Of a stretch of 62,142 bases of DNA, positions 40,572-53,946 are shown in pieces (within the stretch, counting starts at the first letter, position 1; each line of letters opens with the position of its first letter). The notes under the pieces are model-generated. The model was not told where the DNA came from. It made no database searches and was given only the letters and a program-made list of their open reading frames with translations. The DNA lies in the NCBI RefSeq assembly GCF_001194135.2, contig NC_068985.1, forward strand, positions 4,014,390 to 4,076,531, in the 5' to 3' direction. Both the position numbers and the translations under genes were made by a program. This stretch comes from Octopus bimaculoides. Taxonomy: Eukaryota.

Positions 40572-40608
40572 TCTTTCTGTTGAAGAGCGTAGCTCGAAAC
40601 GTCAAAGA
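40572..40608 (+). ncRNA. Minimal type I hammerhead ribozyme (PLE-type), core variant CUGUUGA, in a ~170 bp element ending in (TA)n
   Basis: TCTTT CTGTTGA A GAGC GTA GCTC GAAA CG TC AAAGA. Perfect 5-bp stem I, 4-bp stem II, ACGT palindrome, GUC triplet. Confidence 0.7.
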
Positions 40609-41323
40609 CTTTCCGTATTCCCGAGCGTCATACTAATATATACTTTTGTTATTTACACCACCTGTCCTCGTCTGTTGTTATTTTTTGTATATTCTCCCAT
40701 ATATATATANNNNNNNNNNNNNNNNNNNNNNNNNNNNNNNNNNNNNNNNNNNNNNNNNNNNNNNNNNNNNNNNNNNNNNNNNNNNNNNNNNNNNNNNNNN
40801 NNNNNNNNNNNNNNNNNNNNNNNNNNNNNNNNNNNNNNNNNNNNNNNNNNNNNNNNNNNNNNNNNNNNNNNNNNNNNNNNNNNNNNNNNNNNNNNNNNNN
40901 NNNNNNNNNNNNNNNNNNNNNNNNNNNNNNNNNNNNNNNNNNNNNNNNNNNNNNNNNNNNNNNNNNNNNNNNNNNNNNNNNNNNNNNNNNNNNNNNNNNN
41001 NNNNNNNNNNNNNNNNNNNNNNNNNNNNNNNNNNNNNNNNNNNNNNNNNNNNNNNNNNNNNNNNNNNNNNNNNNNNNNNNNNNNNNNNNNNNNNNNNNNN
41101 NNNNNNNNNNNNNNNNNNNNNNNNNNNNNNNNNNNNNNNNNNNNNNNNNNNNNNNNNNNNNNNNNNNNNNNNNNNNNNNNNNNNNNNNNNNNNNNNNNNN
41201 NNNNNNNNNNNNNNNNNNNNNNNNNNNNNNNNNNNNNNNNNNNNNNNNNNNNNNNNNNNNNNNNNNAGAGAGAATGAAAAACTTGTAGATTTCAGCGGTA
41301 CAGCATGGCAAATCATATATGAA

Positions 41324-41368
<45 letters not shown>

Positions 41369-41395
41369 TTATATGTGTGTGTGTGTATGTGTGTG

Positions 41396-41429
<34 letters not shown>

Positions 41430-42040
41430 TGTGTGTTTGTGTGTGTGGATAGTTGAGAAGAGCCTATAGAAGAAAAAAAATATGCTTAAGAAAGTAAATA
41501 AAGTTGGAAAAGGCACAAAAGTATATTTTAGAGAATGTTTTAATCTTTTTGTTAGGGTGAGTGATTTAAAATATAACCGGTTCCATGTATCCATCTTAAA
41601 AATAATTGTTGGGGGAAAGTCAAAGAGAAAAAATTGGGGGTTAACAATTCTTAGTGAAGTCTTACTTTCGAGTCACCTCTTATATATGTTTTGTCTATGT
41701 AGGTTGGTGGAGGGGGAGTTCGTGTGTCTCCCCCACCACCGCAGGACATGGGTTTACAGTCCTTGCGGCTCAGTGCTGTCAGTCTTTTAAAAATTAACCC
41801 CTGGGATCGATTCGTTTGATTGAAATTCATGACCACGGTGTTCCAGCATGGCCACAGTCTAATGACTAAAACTAATCGGAGATGAGAGCTGAAAGATATA
41901 TCTCATAAACACACACATACACAGGCCTATTTGTGTGCAGTTACATACACACACACACACGCACACACAGATACACACACAAACACATACACATACACAC
42001 ATACACACATACAAACACACACATACATACACACACATCC

Positions 42041-42190
42041 GATAGGCTTCTTTCAGGTTTTGCCTACCAAATCCACTCACAAGGCTTTGGTCAACCTGGA
42101 CCAAATACAGGCCACTTGCCCAATGTGCCACGGAGTTGGACTGAACCCGCACCCTTGTATCTTGGGAAGCAAACTCCTTACCACACATCC
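42041..42190 (-). mobile_element. SINE family A head
   Basis: Reverse complement of the family A head. Confidence 0.7.
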
Positions 42191-42657
42191 ACGTCTAATA
42201 TCACTTTGTAAGAAATTCAAAAACATTCAACCAGTGAAACTCGCATACATCAACATATATAGATAAACGTATAGAGAAAGACAAGCAACAAAATTCAAGA
42301 TTGCGATAGAAAAATCTAACTAAAGACAAAAGAAAACGACGAATTTAGGTTTGTTAGATCTCTAGGCCCAGCTTTAGCTTAATCGATAACAAAAGGCTGA
42401 TCGCAAAAACATTAATCTTCAACGGTTGCTATTTCTTGACGCTAATGAAGTAAAACATAGAACGACTTTTGAACCAGTGACTCGAAAATCTATACGGACG
42501 TCATTTATTGATTGGCTCCGTAAAAGTCAAGTCATTTAAAACGATATTTATTGATTGGATGCGCTGTAAAGAATAACATACAGGCGTACCTCTATTCATA
42601 GGGGCATACACAGACGTGCTAGCGCGCACATATATACAGACATATATATGTGTGTGT

Positions 42658-42696
<39 letters not shown>

Positions 42697-42850
42697 CCTG
42701 CGAGTGTACGTGTGCCTGTATGAGCATAATTTTTGAGTGGTATGTATGCAGGTGTATGTACTTAAATATAATTACACACACACAATCAACCCCCAAACAC
42801 ACCCACGCACGTACATATATACATACATTCATAACTTTTGCATCTTGACT

Positions 42851-43059
42851 TTTACTTGTTTCAGACAAACTGCGACCATGCTGGGGCACCACCTTCATTT
42901 TTTTTTTTTTTAGTCGAATGAATCGACCTTAGAACGTATTTTTTAAGTCTGGAGCTTAGTCTATTGATCTGGTTTGCCGAACCGATACTGTATGGGGACG
43001 TAAACACACCAGCACCGGTTGTTAAGCGGTAACGGAGGTGGGCAAACACAGACACAAAG

Positions 43060-43127
<68 letters not shown>

Positions 43128-43292
43128 GTATATACGATAGGCTTCTTTCAATTTCCGTCTATCACATCCACTCACAAGGCATTGGTCGACCCGAGGTTAT
43201 AGTAGAAGACACTTGCCTAAGATGCCACGGGTTAGGTCTGAACCCGGAATTATGTGATTGGGAAGCCAGCTTCTTACCACACAGCCATGCCC
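42851..43292 (-). mobile_element. SINE family A, full length with internal CA/TA tract
   Basis: Head at 43135-43292 and 3' module at 42851-43065, homologous to 23831-24177. Confidence 0.75.
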
Positions 43293-44368
43293 GCGGCTCA
43301 GCCGCCATGATTGACGCTAGCCGCTAAAGCTTTTTTTTATTCTCTCCCTCTTTGTTTCCTCGCGTTCCTTTCTATCGAAGAGCTTAGGCTCGAAATATAA
43401 AAGCCTTTCTCACCTTCCCAAGCCTCAAAATAATAAGTTGTTTGTCGTGTATACACCTGTCTTCGTCTTTTGTTGTCCTGTAAATTCCAACTATATATAT
43501 GTATGTATGTATGTATACGCACACACACACACACACACACACGCATATATACGTATATATGCATAAATACATGCTTATTTGCGTATGTATACATATGTGT
43601 ATATGTTTATGTGTGTGCTTCCGTGTGTTTGCGTGTGTTTGTGTATGTGTTTGTATATGTGTGTGTGTGTGTGTGTTTGTGAGCATGCATGTTTCTGTGT
43701 GTACTTATGTTTCTGTGTGTGTTTGTGTTTGTGTTTGTGCGTGTGTGTATGTGTGTCTTTGTGTGTGTGCGTCTGTGCCTGTACGTGTTTTAACTCTGTG
43801 TTTGTTCCCACCACCGCTTGACGACTGGTGTTGTTTTGCTTATGTTCCCCCTAAAACCCTTCAAATCAGTGCTCCAACATGGCCCCTAAAATCCTTGAAG
43901 GTCCAATTGGACATAACCCAATGATTAAAACAAATCAAAGTAAAAATACATAGAACATTCATACGTGCATATACCTACACTTATATGTACGAATGTATAT
44001 ACTTATTTATCTAAATACGTATGTACACTTTTGTGACTGCATACATGTAAGTATGTATATCATGTGACCACGTGATCGACTCGGTTATTAGATGTTGTTA
44101 TTTATCGCTAGTCACAATGCGCTTTTAAATCGCTTCAGCCGGCTGGGCGGAGAGGCCGACATTGGCCTTGATCAGAAGGCCAGCCCGTTGCTCACTTACA
44201 GCTGAGTGGACGGCAGTTATGCGAAACGAAGTAACTTGCACAGGACCACGACGTGTGACTCGATCCGAGAATTGAATCCTCGACCGCTGACCATTAGGAC
44301 ACGTGTCCTCAGTGTATGTGCATGTGTGTGTGTGTGTGTGTGTATGTGTGTGCGTGTGTGTGTGCGTG

Positions 44369-44404
<36 letters not shown>

Positions 44405-45881
44405 NNNNNNNNNNNNNNNNNNNNNNNNNNNNNNNNNNNNNNNNNNNNNNNNNNNNNNNNNNNNNNNNNNNNNNNNNNNNNNNNNNNNNNNNNNNNNNNN
44501 NNNNNNNNNNNNNNNNNNNNNNNNNNNNNNNNNNNNNNNNNNNNNNNNNNNNNNNNNNNNNNNNNNNNNNNNNNNNNNNNNNNNNNNNNNNNNNNNNNNN
44601 NNNNNNNNNNNNNNNNNNNNNNNNNNNNNNNNNNNNNNNNNNNNNNNNNNNNNNNNNNNNNNNNNNNNNNNNNNNNNNNNNNNNNNNNNNNNNNNNNNNN
44701 NNNNNNNNNNNNNNNNNNNNNNNNNNNNNNNNNNNNNNNNNNNNNNNNNNNNNNNNNNNNNNNNNNNNNNNNNNNNNNNNNNNNNNNNNNNNNNNNNNNN
44801 NNNNNNNNNNNNNNNNNNNNNNNNNNNNNNNNNNNNNNNNNNNNNNNNNNNNNNNNNNNNNNNNNNNNNNNNNNNNNNNNNNNNNNNNNNNNNNNNNNNN
44901 NNNNNNNNNNNNNNNNNNNNNNNNNNNNNNNNNNNNNNNNNNNNNNNNNNNNNNNNNNNNNNNNNNNNNNNNNNNNNNNNNNNNNNNNNNNNNNNNNNNN
45001 NNNNNNNNNNNNNNNNNNNNNNNNNNNNNNNNNNNNNNNNNNNNNNNNNNNNNNNNNNNNNNNNNNNNNNNNNNNNNNNNNNNNNNNNNNNNNNNNNNNN
45101 NNNNNNNNNNNNNNNNNNNNNNNNNNNNNNNNNNNNNNNNNNNNNNNNNNNNNNNNNNNNNNNNNNNNNNNNNNNNNNNNNNNNNNNNNNNNNNNNNNNN
45201 NNNNNNNNNNNNNNNNNNNNNNNNNNNNNNNNNNNNNNNNNNNNNNNNNNNNNNNNNNNNNNNNNNNNNNNNNNNNNNNNNNNNNNNNNNNNNNNNNNNN
45301 NNNNNNATAGATAGATAGATAGATAGATAGATACACATATTTATATTCATATGTATATACGCCTGGACACAGATAATGTATGTATGAATTATTACGAATG
45401 AACAGCTACGTTTATACATAATCGTTACCGCAATTCGCTTATATAAGACATTCTAAAAATAATATTTTCTTACTGCAATAACGAAATAATTCAGAGGCTG
45501 TTGTTTCTGTGGTTGTCGTTTAGCTCCGGATCACCTTTGACCAATCCCATCACTTTCAGACATCTTATTTCGATTTATTTAACCCATCCACAATTGCTGT
45601 ATACTAGGAGCGGATAATCTATAGAACCAGAGTTCAAATCTTTGTAGCACGGCTTCATTGTATTTCTGGGAATAATATTCTTCTCATCAGCACCATACAG
45701 TATTATAGTTGTATGTATATATGTGTGTGTGTATATATGTGTGTGTGTATATAAGTGTGTGTGTGTGTGTATGTATGTACTAATAGATATATATAAAATA
45801 TGAATATGTGAGTACACGTATGTATATGTGTGTGTATGTGTGTGTGCATAAAGAGTAATGGGTAAAGAACGCTTTCGTTCA

Positions 45882-46183
45882 TGAATGACCATGGGATTGC
45901 ACCTAGAGGGATACCCTCCGAGGCATAAATCCGGGCAAGGTTGTGTATAGAAGACCAACAATCACTGAAGCATATCAGCGTCCTCTCTCCACGCCCAAGG
46001 AAACGCAAAGGCCCCTACATCTTGGCACCAATGACGTCGCAACTCGTTTCTGCAGCTGAGTGAACAGAAGCAACAGGAAAAATTAAGTGTCTTCTTCAAG
46101 AACACAACACAGCCCGATCCGGGAATCGAACTCACTGCCTCAGGATTGTGAGCCCCATGCTCTAACCACTGTGCCTTGCGCCT
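45882..46183 (-). mobile_element. SINE family D (tRNA head + CORE-like block + distinct tail); decayed relative at ~44065-44300
   Basis: Minus: AGGCGCAAGGCACAGTGGTTAGAGCATGGGGCTCACAATCC..GAGTTCGATTCCCGG..TTGTGTTCTTGAAGAAGACACTT...TCTAGGTGCAATCCCATGGTCATTC. Confidence 0.75.
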
Positions 46184-47506
46184 TATATATANNNNNNNNN
46201 NNNNNNNNNNNNNNNNNNNNNNNNNNNNNNNNNNNNNNNNNNNNNNNNNNNNNNNNNNNNNNNNNNNNNNNNNNNNNNNNNNNNNNNNNNNNNNNNNNNN
46301 NNNNNNNNNNNNNNNNNNNNNNNNNNNNNNNNNNNNNNNNNNNNNNNNNNNNNNNNNNNNNNNNNNNNNNNNNNNNNNNNNNNNNNNNNNNNNNNNNNNN
46401 NNNNNNNNNNNNNNNNNNNNNNNNNNNNNNNNNNNNNNNNNNNNNNNNNNNNNNNNNNNNNNNNNNNNNNNNNNNNNNNNNNNNNNNNNNNNNNNNNNNN
46501 NNNNNNNNNNNNNNNNNNNNNNNNNNNNNNNNNNNNNNNNNNNNNNNNNNNNNNNNNNNNNNNNNNNNNNNNNNNNNNNNNNNNNNNNNNNNNNNNNNNN
46601 NNNNNNNNNNNNNNNNNNNNNNNNNNNNNNNNNNNNNNNNNNNNNNNNNNNNNNNNNNNNNNNNNNNNNNNNNNNNNNNNNNNNNNNNNNNNNNNNNNNN
46701 NNNNNNNNNNNNNNNNNNNNNNNNNNNNNNNNNNNNNNNNNNNNNNNNNNNNNNNNNNNNNNNNNNNNNNNNNNNNNNNNNNNNNNAAAGAAAGAGACCC
46801 TCAACATATTTAGTAGGATTTATATTATTATTTAGAAGTAATTTGATTGTTTCTAAATAATGCGACTTAAAATTGCGGAGCATAGATAGTCGGACTTAGG
46901 TGGCCGCTTGTTCCTGACGAGCTAAGTTCGGAAACTTTAAGTTACCGTAACGAGGCTACGAAACTTTTAAGTTGCATGGAAATGAATAAAACTGTTCGTC
47001 GACTGACAAAGTACAAAATAATCACCTTCATTTTATCCTTGTCAGAGCCTGGACGAATTAACTGAAAAAACAACGGAATTTTGTGAAAACGGTATTATTT
47101 GAAACTTGGTCATCTATTTTAAGCAAGTAACATACACAGTAATACACAGGCAATACAAGCGAGGTGAAAAGTAGTAGCAGCAAGAATGAATGAACAGTAG
47201 ATCTGCCCAAGAAAAGGAATGAAATCTGTTATGTTTCTACCACATTTGGAGCGGCGACAAATAGTCAGGAGAGAGTATTAGAATGTACTACAACATTTTC
47301 AAATGTTAGTGAAGGGGAAGTAGTTATAGGTTATACAAAACAACAATTGACAGATTGAAGGCTGGCCAATTTTTGAAACAGAAACAGCAAAATCTTTTCA
47401 TTAAATATTAAGATAATCACTTTCCAGTAAATAATGAAGGTAGTTCATTGTGGCACTGAAGGGGATAAAGGAAGGCGATTGTATAAAATGTTATTTGTTT
47501 GTATTT

Positions 47507-47557
<51 letters not shown>

Positions 47558-48291
47558 NNNNNNNNNNNNNNNNNNNNNNNNNNNNNNNNNNNNNNNNNNN
47601 NNNNNNNNNNNNNNNNNNNNNNNNNNNNNNNNNNNNNNNNNNNNNNNNNNNNNNNNNNNNNNNNNNNNNNNNNNNNNNNNNNNNNNNNNNNNNNNNNNNN
47701 NNNNNNNNNNNNNNNNNNNNNNNNNNNNNNNNNNNNNNNNNNNNNNNNNNNNNNNNNNNNNNNNNNNNNNNNNNNNNNNNNNNNNNNNNNNNNNNNNNNN
47801 NNNNNNNNNNNNNNNNNNNNNNNNNNNNNNNNNNNNNNNNNNNNNNNNNNNNNNNNNNNNNNNNNNNNNNNNNNNNNNNNNNNNNNNNNNNNNNNNNNNN
47901 NNNNNNNNNNNNNNNNNATATATATATATATATATATATATAAATAATTGAGACTCAGTTGAAATTAGGTACTTGAGCTGAAGCACCAAGTTAGTGCAGT
48001 CCTATCCGCACAACTCAAAGTAAGGTGAATAAAAATCAAAATAAGCAACAGGATTCAAGAGGTGATGCAGTACGACCGTTTCAAGCGGCTCCATTTAATT
48101 GAACAATGCAATCGTTACATCAATTTAAATGCATGGCTATCCTCACCTGCATAAATAAATAGAATTTTTTAATCAGTTGCACACATTAATATAATTTTAC
48201 TCAAATTTTCTAATAGAGCAAGAAGAAGGAGAAAGTCCATGTTGCTACTAATGTGACTCAGAATATACTACACCTCGATGACGTTTGTTGC

Positions 48292-50378
48292 GGTCATAGC
48301 TTGTAAACGATTGTAGTTCACTTTTAATTTATTAGTCTTTTTTTATCAACTACCAAATCTAAGGCTAGAGGAGCAGTGCCTCTTTAGAATGGATAGATAG
48401 AGTGAGTTGACAGTTTATAGTTGGGTATGATCATAAGCATTGTGTGGATTTAGAAAATGTATAAGTAACTGTCTGTAAAGGGAAAAAACTTTAGAAAAAA
48501 CTTCCCTGCTTCCCATAGATACAACCGAATTTTTCCCGGAAGACAGTTAGAATGTCATACTCTTCTCTCCCTAATATGGGTACTATCAGAGCAAGGTTAA
48601 ATAGAAAGAATATTAAATTAGCAAGAGCTAGTAATAATAATAACGTTAATGTCAACACTCACTTAAACCCCTACAATGTGAATAATAATATTAATGGTGA
48701 TCTAGAATATAGAAACAGCGGTACTAATGCTTCTAATATATACAATATAGACTGTAGCTCTGAGATCTATACTAGCACAGGGACTACAGATACATCTGCT
48801 GATGCTGGGATGAATGTGAGATTTTTTTATTGGCTACAAAGGGCCAACATAGAGGGGACAATACAGGATGATGCTAGGATGATTGTGAATGATACTACAA
48901 TTGAAGGATGGAAGGATAATACCGGATATGAAAATAGTACATACAATAGAAGTAGTAGGATTAATATTAGCAGTAATATTATTATTAATAATAATAATAA
49001 TATCAATATCAATAATATTAATAGTAGTAATTGTCCTAGTTGCAATTGTAGGGTTAAATCCCACTGTCTGTTATTAGGCCGATGTCTAACCCAAAACGCA
49101 ATTTATATGTGTACTATCACAACTGTAGCTGGTAACTTTGTAGACATAGGATGTTCAATAAATATGAAGAAACGCATTAATAATCATTTTTCATCTTTTA
49201 GGCTCAAATATAAGGCCAATTGTACGTCCTTATTTATCAAGATTTAGGGACTGAAGGAAAGCGGAATCGAATTGAGCCTTAAATGGGATATTATAAGGAA
49301 AGCGCAGCCTTATAGAGAGAGTCGGTATGGGTACAAGCTGTGCTCGTTGGAAACTTAGGAAATGTTTTAAGTATAAGGACAAGAGCAGCTTGCTTAATAA
49401 TAGATTAGACTTAAGGGTATCATGTGTACATAGGGTCACCCGTAGATTTAAATATTTTTGAAATTAGCATTTATAGGTGCTGCACTTAAACCTAGACAGG
49501 AGAAATTAATTTTAGTGTTGTATATGATGTGAACTTACCCACTAGTATTATAAATAATAAGTTGTATATATTTTCTTACTATTTTATATAATTTCTTATT
49601 ATTGTGTTTTCTATAATTTGATGTCTTTACCTATTAACCTCTTATCTCTTACAAGTTATTAATGTTCTTAAAGAGAAATATAAACTTTCTAGTTACTTAA
49701 GTCTAGAAGAGTTGATTATAACATATCCATAATAAAGTACAAATCTTTTTGTATATTTGCGTGTGTGCACATAGTAAAATATGTGTATGTCTCTGTGCAC
49801 GACTTATTTTTCCGATTTGTTTCTGATTCTTAGCTTATAACTCATATAAAGATAGCATGATTTATCGCCCCAGCATTCCATTAGTAAATACCCAGAGCAT
49901 TGTATATAGAAACCACCCTATAAGTAAATAATTAAGTACAGGAATGAATGTTAAACTAAGTCTATGTCATCTTCCCTTTCCAATGTTGAAAATTGGTATA
50001 TATACACAGTTTATCTATTCTGGTTATTATATCATTTTTACTAATCTTGAATTTTATCTTCATACAACATAACAATATTGTTTATATACAGTCATCCATT
50101 GTACCCCATGATAATTTCCTCTGTATTAACATCATAGGCTTTATTAGCGACTTACCCCTTTAACTAGTAATTAACATCTTGATATGGGGTCTCCCCCTAC
50201 CCAGCCACCTTTATAAACAGTTACTTATACATTTTCTAGATCGAGACACTATTTAGGACCATACCCAATAATAAACTGTTACACTCTGTCTATCCTTTCT
50301 AAACAGCCTTAGATTTGGTAGTTGAAAAAAAAGACTAATAAAATAAAAGTGAACCACAATCATTTACAAGCTATGACC
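48292..50378 (+). mobile_element. 5'-truncated Penelope-like retroelement (Neptune-type Cys linker + GIY-YIG endonuclease), decayed, with inverted terminal segments
   Basis: From ~48495: KNFPASHRYNRIF/RKTVRMSYSSLPNM...CPSCNCRVKSHCLLLGRCLTQNAIYMCTI...DIGCS..KKRINNHFSSFRLK..CTSLFIKI*GLKESGIELSLKWDIIRKAQPY...LCSLE/..LLNNRLDLRVSCVHR, ending at stop 49461. One internal TAG (likely TGG) and frameshifts. 48292-48481 is an inverted copy of 50208-50378. Confidence 0.9.
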
Positions 50379-50477
50379 CTAACAGACTTCATACAGTCTT
50401 AGAAGTACTGCACCACCACTTGATAGCCTGTTGCTTATTTTGATATATATATATATATATATATATATCGTTACATC

Positions 50478-50531
<54 letters not shown>

Positions 50532-51374
50532 GATTGATGTATAAATTATCAGTAGCCATACCAACTGAAAATTGAGAAGACAATGGACAAATTAATATTA
50601 ATAAGAGAATATCTGCAGTTCACAGTTTTCTAAGAGAAATATTATTTTCACTGTATTTAGAAATAGTCGAGTCAGTCGCCCTAAGCAATACTTTATTTCT
50701 TGTGATATACATATATTACGACGTTTATGAAAAAGCGTAAAACAGGATTTAAGAGGATAAGTAGAACTTCAAAACACGAGACAGTTCAAATTTTAAAGTA
50801 TACATGGTTCATAAAAGCAAAAGAGAGAGAGAGGGGGGGCGGAGAGGGAGAAAGAAAACAAAAGGGAAAAACATGTCAAGTGAAAGCACCTATTAAATAT
50901 AAGGAGAAAATATTTCCATGATGCGATCGGGTGAGAAAAACAATGGAAAACATGGTGGAAAGAATACTATAAAAGATATCGCGAGATTATATTAAAACAT
51001 ATCATTCATATCTAAATTAAAATATATAATCCAAACGAGTATACACACACGAGTATATATATGTATATACATATGTATATACATGTATACATGTATATAT
51101 ANNNNNNNNNNNNNNNNNNNNNNNNNNNNNNNNNNNNNNNNNNNNNNNNNNNNNNNNNNNNNNNNNNNNNNNNNNNNNNNNNNNNNNNNNNNNNNNNNNN
51201 NNNNNNNNNNNNNNNNNNNNNNNNNNNNNNNNNNNNNNNNNNNNNNNNNNNNNNNATACATATATACACATGCATATATATGTATATATATATATATACA
51301 TACATATACATATGTATATATACATATACACATACATATATATATATATGTGTATATATACATACATATATATA

Positions 51375-51489
<115 letters not shown>

Positions 51490-52207
51490 ATACATACATA
51501 TAGACACATACGTATAAAATGTTTCACAAGTAAATAATTTCTTGCGCAAGCAAGCATTAAACACTTAGGAATGCTCACACACACATATACACACGCACGC
51601 ACACACACTCACATTCACTTACACACGCAAGCACACACAATATATTTGCGCACACACAGGCATATATTTGCACGTCCGTGTTAATTCCGATGAAAATGAA
51701 ATATAACACGATGAGGTAAGATGTAAATTAAATGTACAATACAATAAATGATGTTTAAAGATTGTGTGTGGAAATCACGAGATTTGTTGCAGCTGGTTTT
51801 TAATGAATTTAACACTAAATACTCAATCAGTATTAATCAAACTTCGTTAAGTGTTCTACGATGTTCAATGCCTGCAGTTATTACCCTGTCATAGATTAAC
51901 ACCAGTTTGCAGTAATCTGGGCACAATAAACTTGTTTGTAGCTGTTGAATCAAAATATCATCTACGAAGGTAACCGGTAAAAGATTGTCTGTCCACCTAC
52001 CCGCTAGATCAGCGTTTCTCAACCGGGGTTCGGTAAAAGGTACTTAGGGGTTCCTCGAGAAAGAGTGAGATTACCTAATGCTAATTTCATGTTCGTAATA
52101 TTACTGTATATGCACAACATATTATTGGTCATTATAATATTGTAATATAGACATCATCCTATCTAACCTATTATGTTATCAAAAAAATACAAGAACCATA
52201 CATATAT

Positions 52208-52285
<78 letters not shown>

Positions 52286-52381
52286 CATATATATATTTCA
52301 CTCTATATTGCCTATCTCCTCCTTTTCCGCAATAATTCCTAATTTCGAACTCTATTTACCTCTATTTAACCATCTCACAAC

Positions 52382-52429
52382 GTCTCTGATAAAGGGATAT
52401 CCATAATATACCACAAACAGCTGTAAGAC
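52382..52429 (+). ncRNA. Degenerate hammerhead of the CAGCTG family
   Basis: GTCT CTGATAA ... CAAA CAGCTG TA AGAC; same stem I and palindrome as 31677-31732. Confidence 0.6.
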
Positions 52430-52495
52430 TATATCTCTTTCCTTATAAATGTCATGAAAACTCCTCACAGCCTTGACTTTGATATCTCTTTTATC

Positions 52496-52560
<65 letters not shown>

Positions 52561-52879
52561 TATATATATAATACATACTACGTGAACTATGCTGAAAAAA
52601 TGTGAGAAAGATATGGTAAATTGTTTTTTTTTTTTGTGTGCAGGGATTTCTTGAGACATGTAATTTATTTTAAGGGTTACGCAGGGGTAAAAATGTTGAT
52701 AAACACTGCACTAGATATTAGCATGAAACTATGGTACGTGTGTACAAGTACTATGGTGATGAAAATTGCGGGTGTAGAGTTTCGTAGAATTAGAGTTATG
52801 ACAACTGAACCCATATTTCGAATGAGTACTCGATACACATGTTGGTAAGAATGGATATTCTTATTAACATTCAGTCTTA

Positions 52880-53200
52880 CGACAGAGATGTCTGTTTTCG
52901 TCTGAGCTAACGATAAGACTTAATCTTGCTTGACTCGCTAAACCATTGACACATCACTTGCCTTTTTCTAGACTTTTCCATTTGATGTCATAATCCGCAT
53001 TGAGGTGCCTCAGTTTCCAAAACAGGTTGCGGTAGTGTTTTTGTAGTTCGCTTCTCGACTTATCTGAAGGAAGTGGTGGGTTTAAAATTATGTTTTTTTT
53101 AACTAGCCCCTCGACCATTCCAATGTAGTGTGTTCTCACTTGATTTATATCGTATGCTTGAAGTCGCTTCAGCGTCGGACTCAAAGGGCTGGACGTTGTA
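52880..53200 (-). mobile_element. Second, more decayed PLE GIY-YIG endonuclease relic
   Basis: Minus frame: RTHYIGMVEG...SELQKHY..LFWKLRHLNADYDIKWKSLEKGK*CVNG, matching the YIG and SELSKHIWxLK..I.Y.IKW.IL motifs of PLE endonucleases. Confidence 0.6.
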
Positions 53201-53612
53201 TGCCTAGTTTAATGTGCCTAACGCAGCTTTTCCACATGGACAGAGTTAACTTGAGAGGCTTACGAGTGATGAAGGAATTATGCCTAATTAGCCTTAAAAC
53301 AGTTTCTATTGAAGAAATTAGCAATGATGTTTGACAGGCAAATGACTGCCTATGGTGAAAAAGAATTTCGTAGAACAGATTTTTCCACGTAGTGAGTTGT
53401 AGTGAAAAATATATTATAGAAATGTATGGCCAGATTGGAGCAATCTCGAGTATAACCAGCCGAAATTGTTAAGATAATCTGGTACTCAACTGAGGAGAGA
53501 AAACTCCGAATGACCTGTCCTTGTTTTCTTTGTATCGTCTATCTGGATGTTTGGTTGTCCCTTTCTTGTAACACCTAACTGTCTGGATGTTTTGCGTTCT
53601 TCTTCCATTTTG

Positions 53613-53656
<44 letters not shown>

Positions 53657-53659
<3 letters not shown>

Positions 53660-53835
53660 AACGCCTAGTTTAGAATAGAGGCAGCTGATGAAGGAAAAGT
53701 TCCATAAGTGGCTCGTCTGTCTTCCTATATGTTCATTCCGTTGTCCGTAAAAAAAAGTCCTTTTTTGTGCTTTGTTTATGTTCCCGTTCCTTTTTTGTCC
53801 ACGTTTTTGTACGTCCTGTACTCGGATATGCATCT
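53657..53835 (+). mobile_element. Short (TA)n-bounded element with degenerate PLE-type hammerhead
   Basis: CTGATGA A GGAA AAG TTCC ATAA ... GTC TGTC (53685-53721). Same CUGAUGA-A-stem II layout, with GAAA mutated to ATAA; T-rich tail. Confidence 0.5.
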
Positions 53836-53903
53836 ATATATACATGTAGATTTAGGTATGTACATATATGTATGTATACATGCCTATGCTCATATATCAT
53901 TTC

Positions 53904-53946
<43 letters not shown>

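Noticed and set aside
45640-45690. CTGATGA...GAAA on minus (similar partial cores at 20984, 26963 and 55752)
   Set aside because: No stem I or stem III pairing and no NUH site, so these are not called hammerheads.
21585-47989. Long ORF-track entries (200-400 aa) such as 21585..22754, 25383..26255, 44125..45336 and 45962..46807
   Set aside because: They are open only because they cross N gaps and CA/TA/CT microsatellites.
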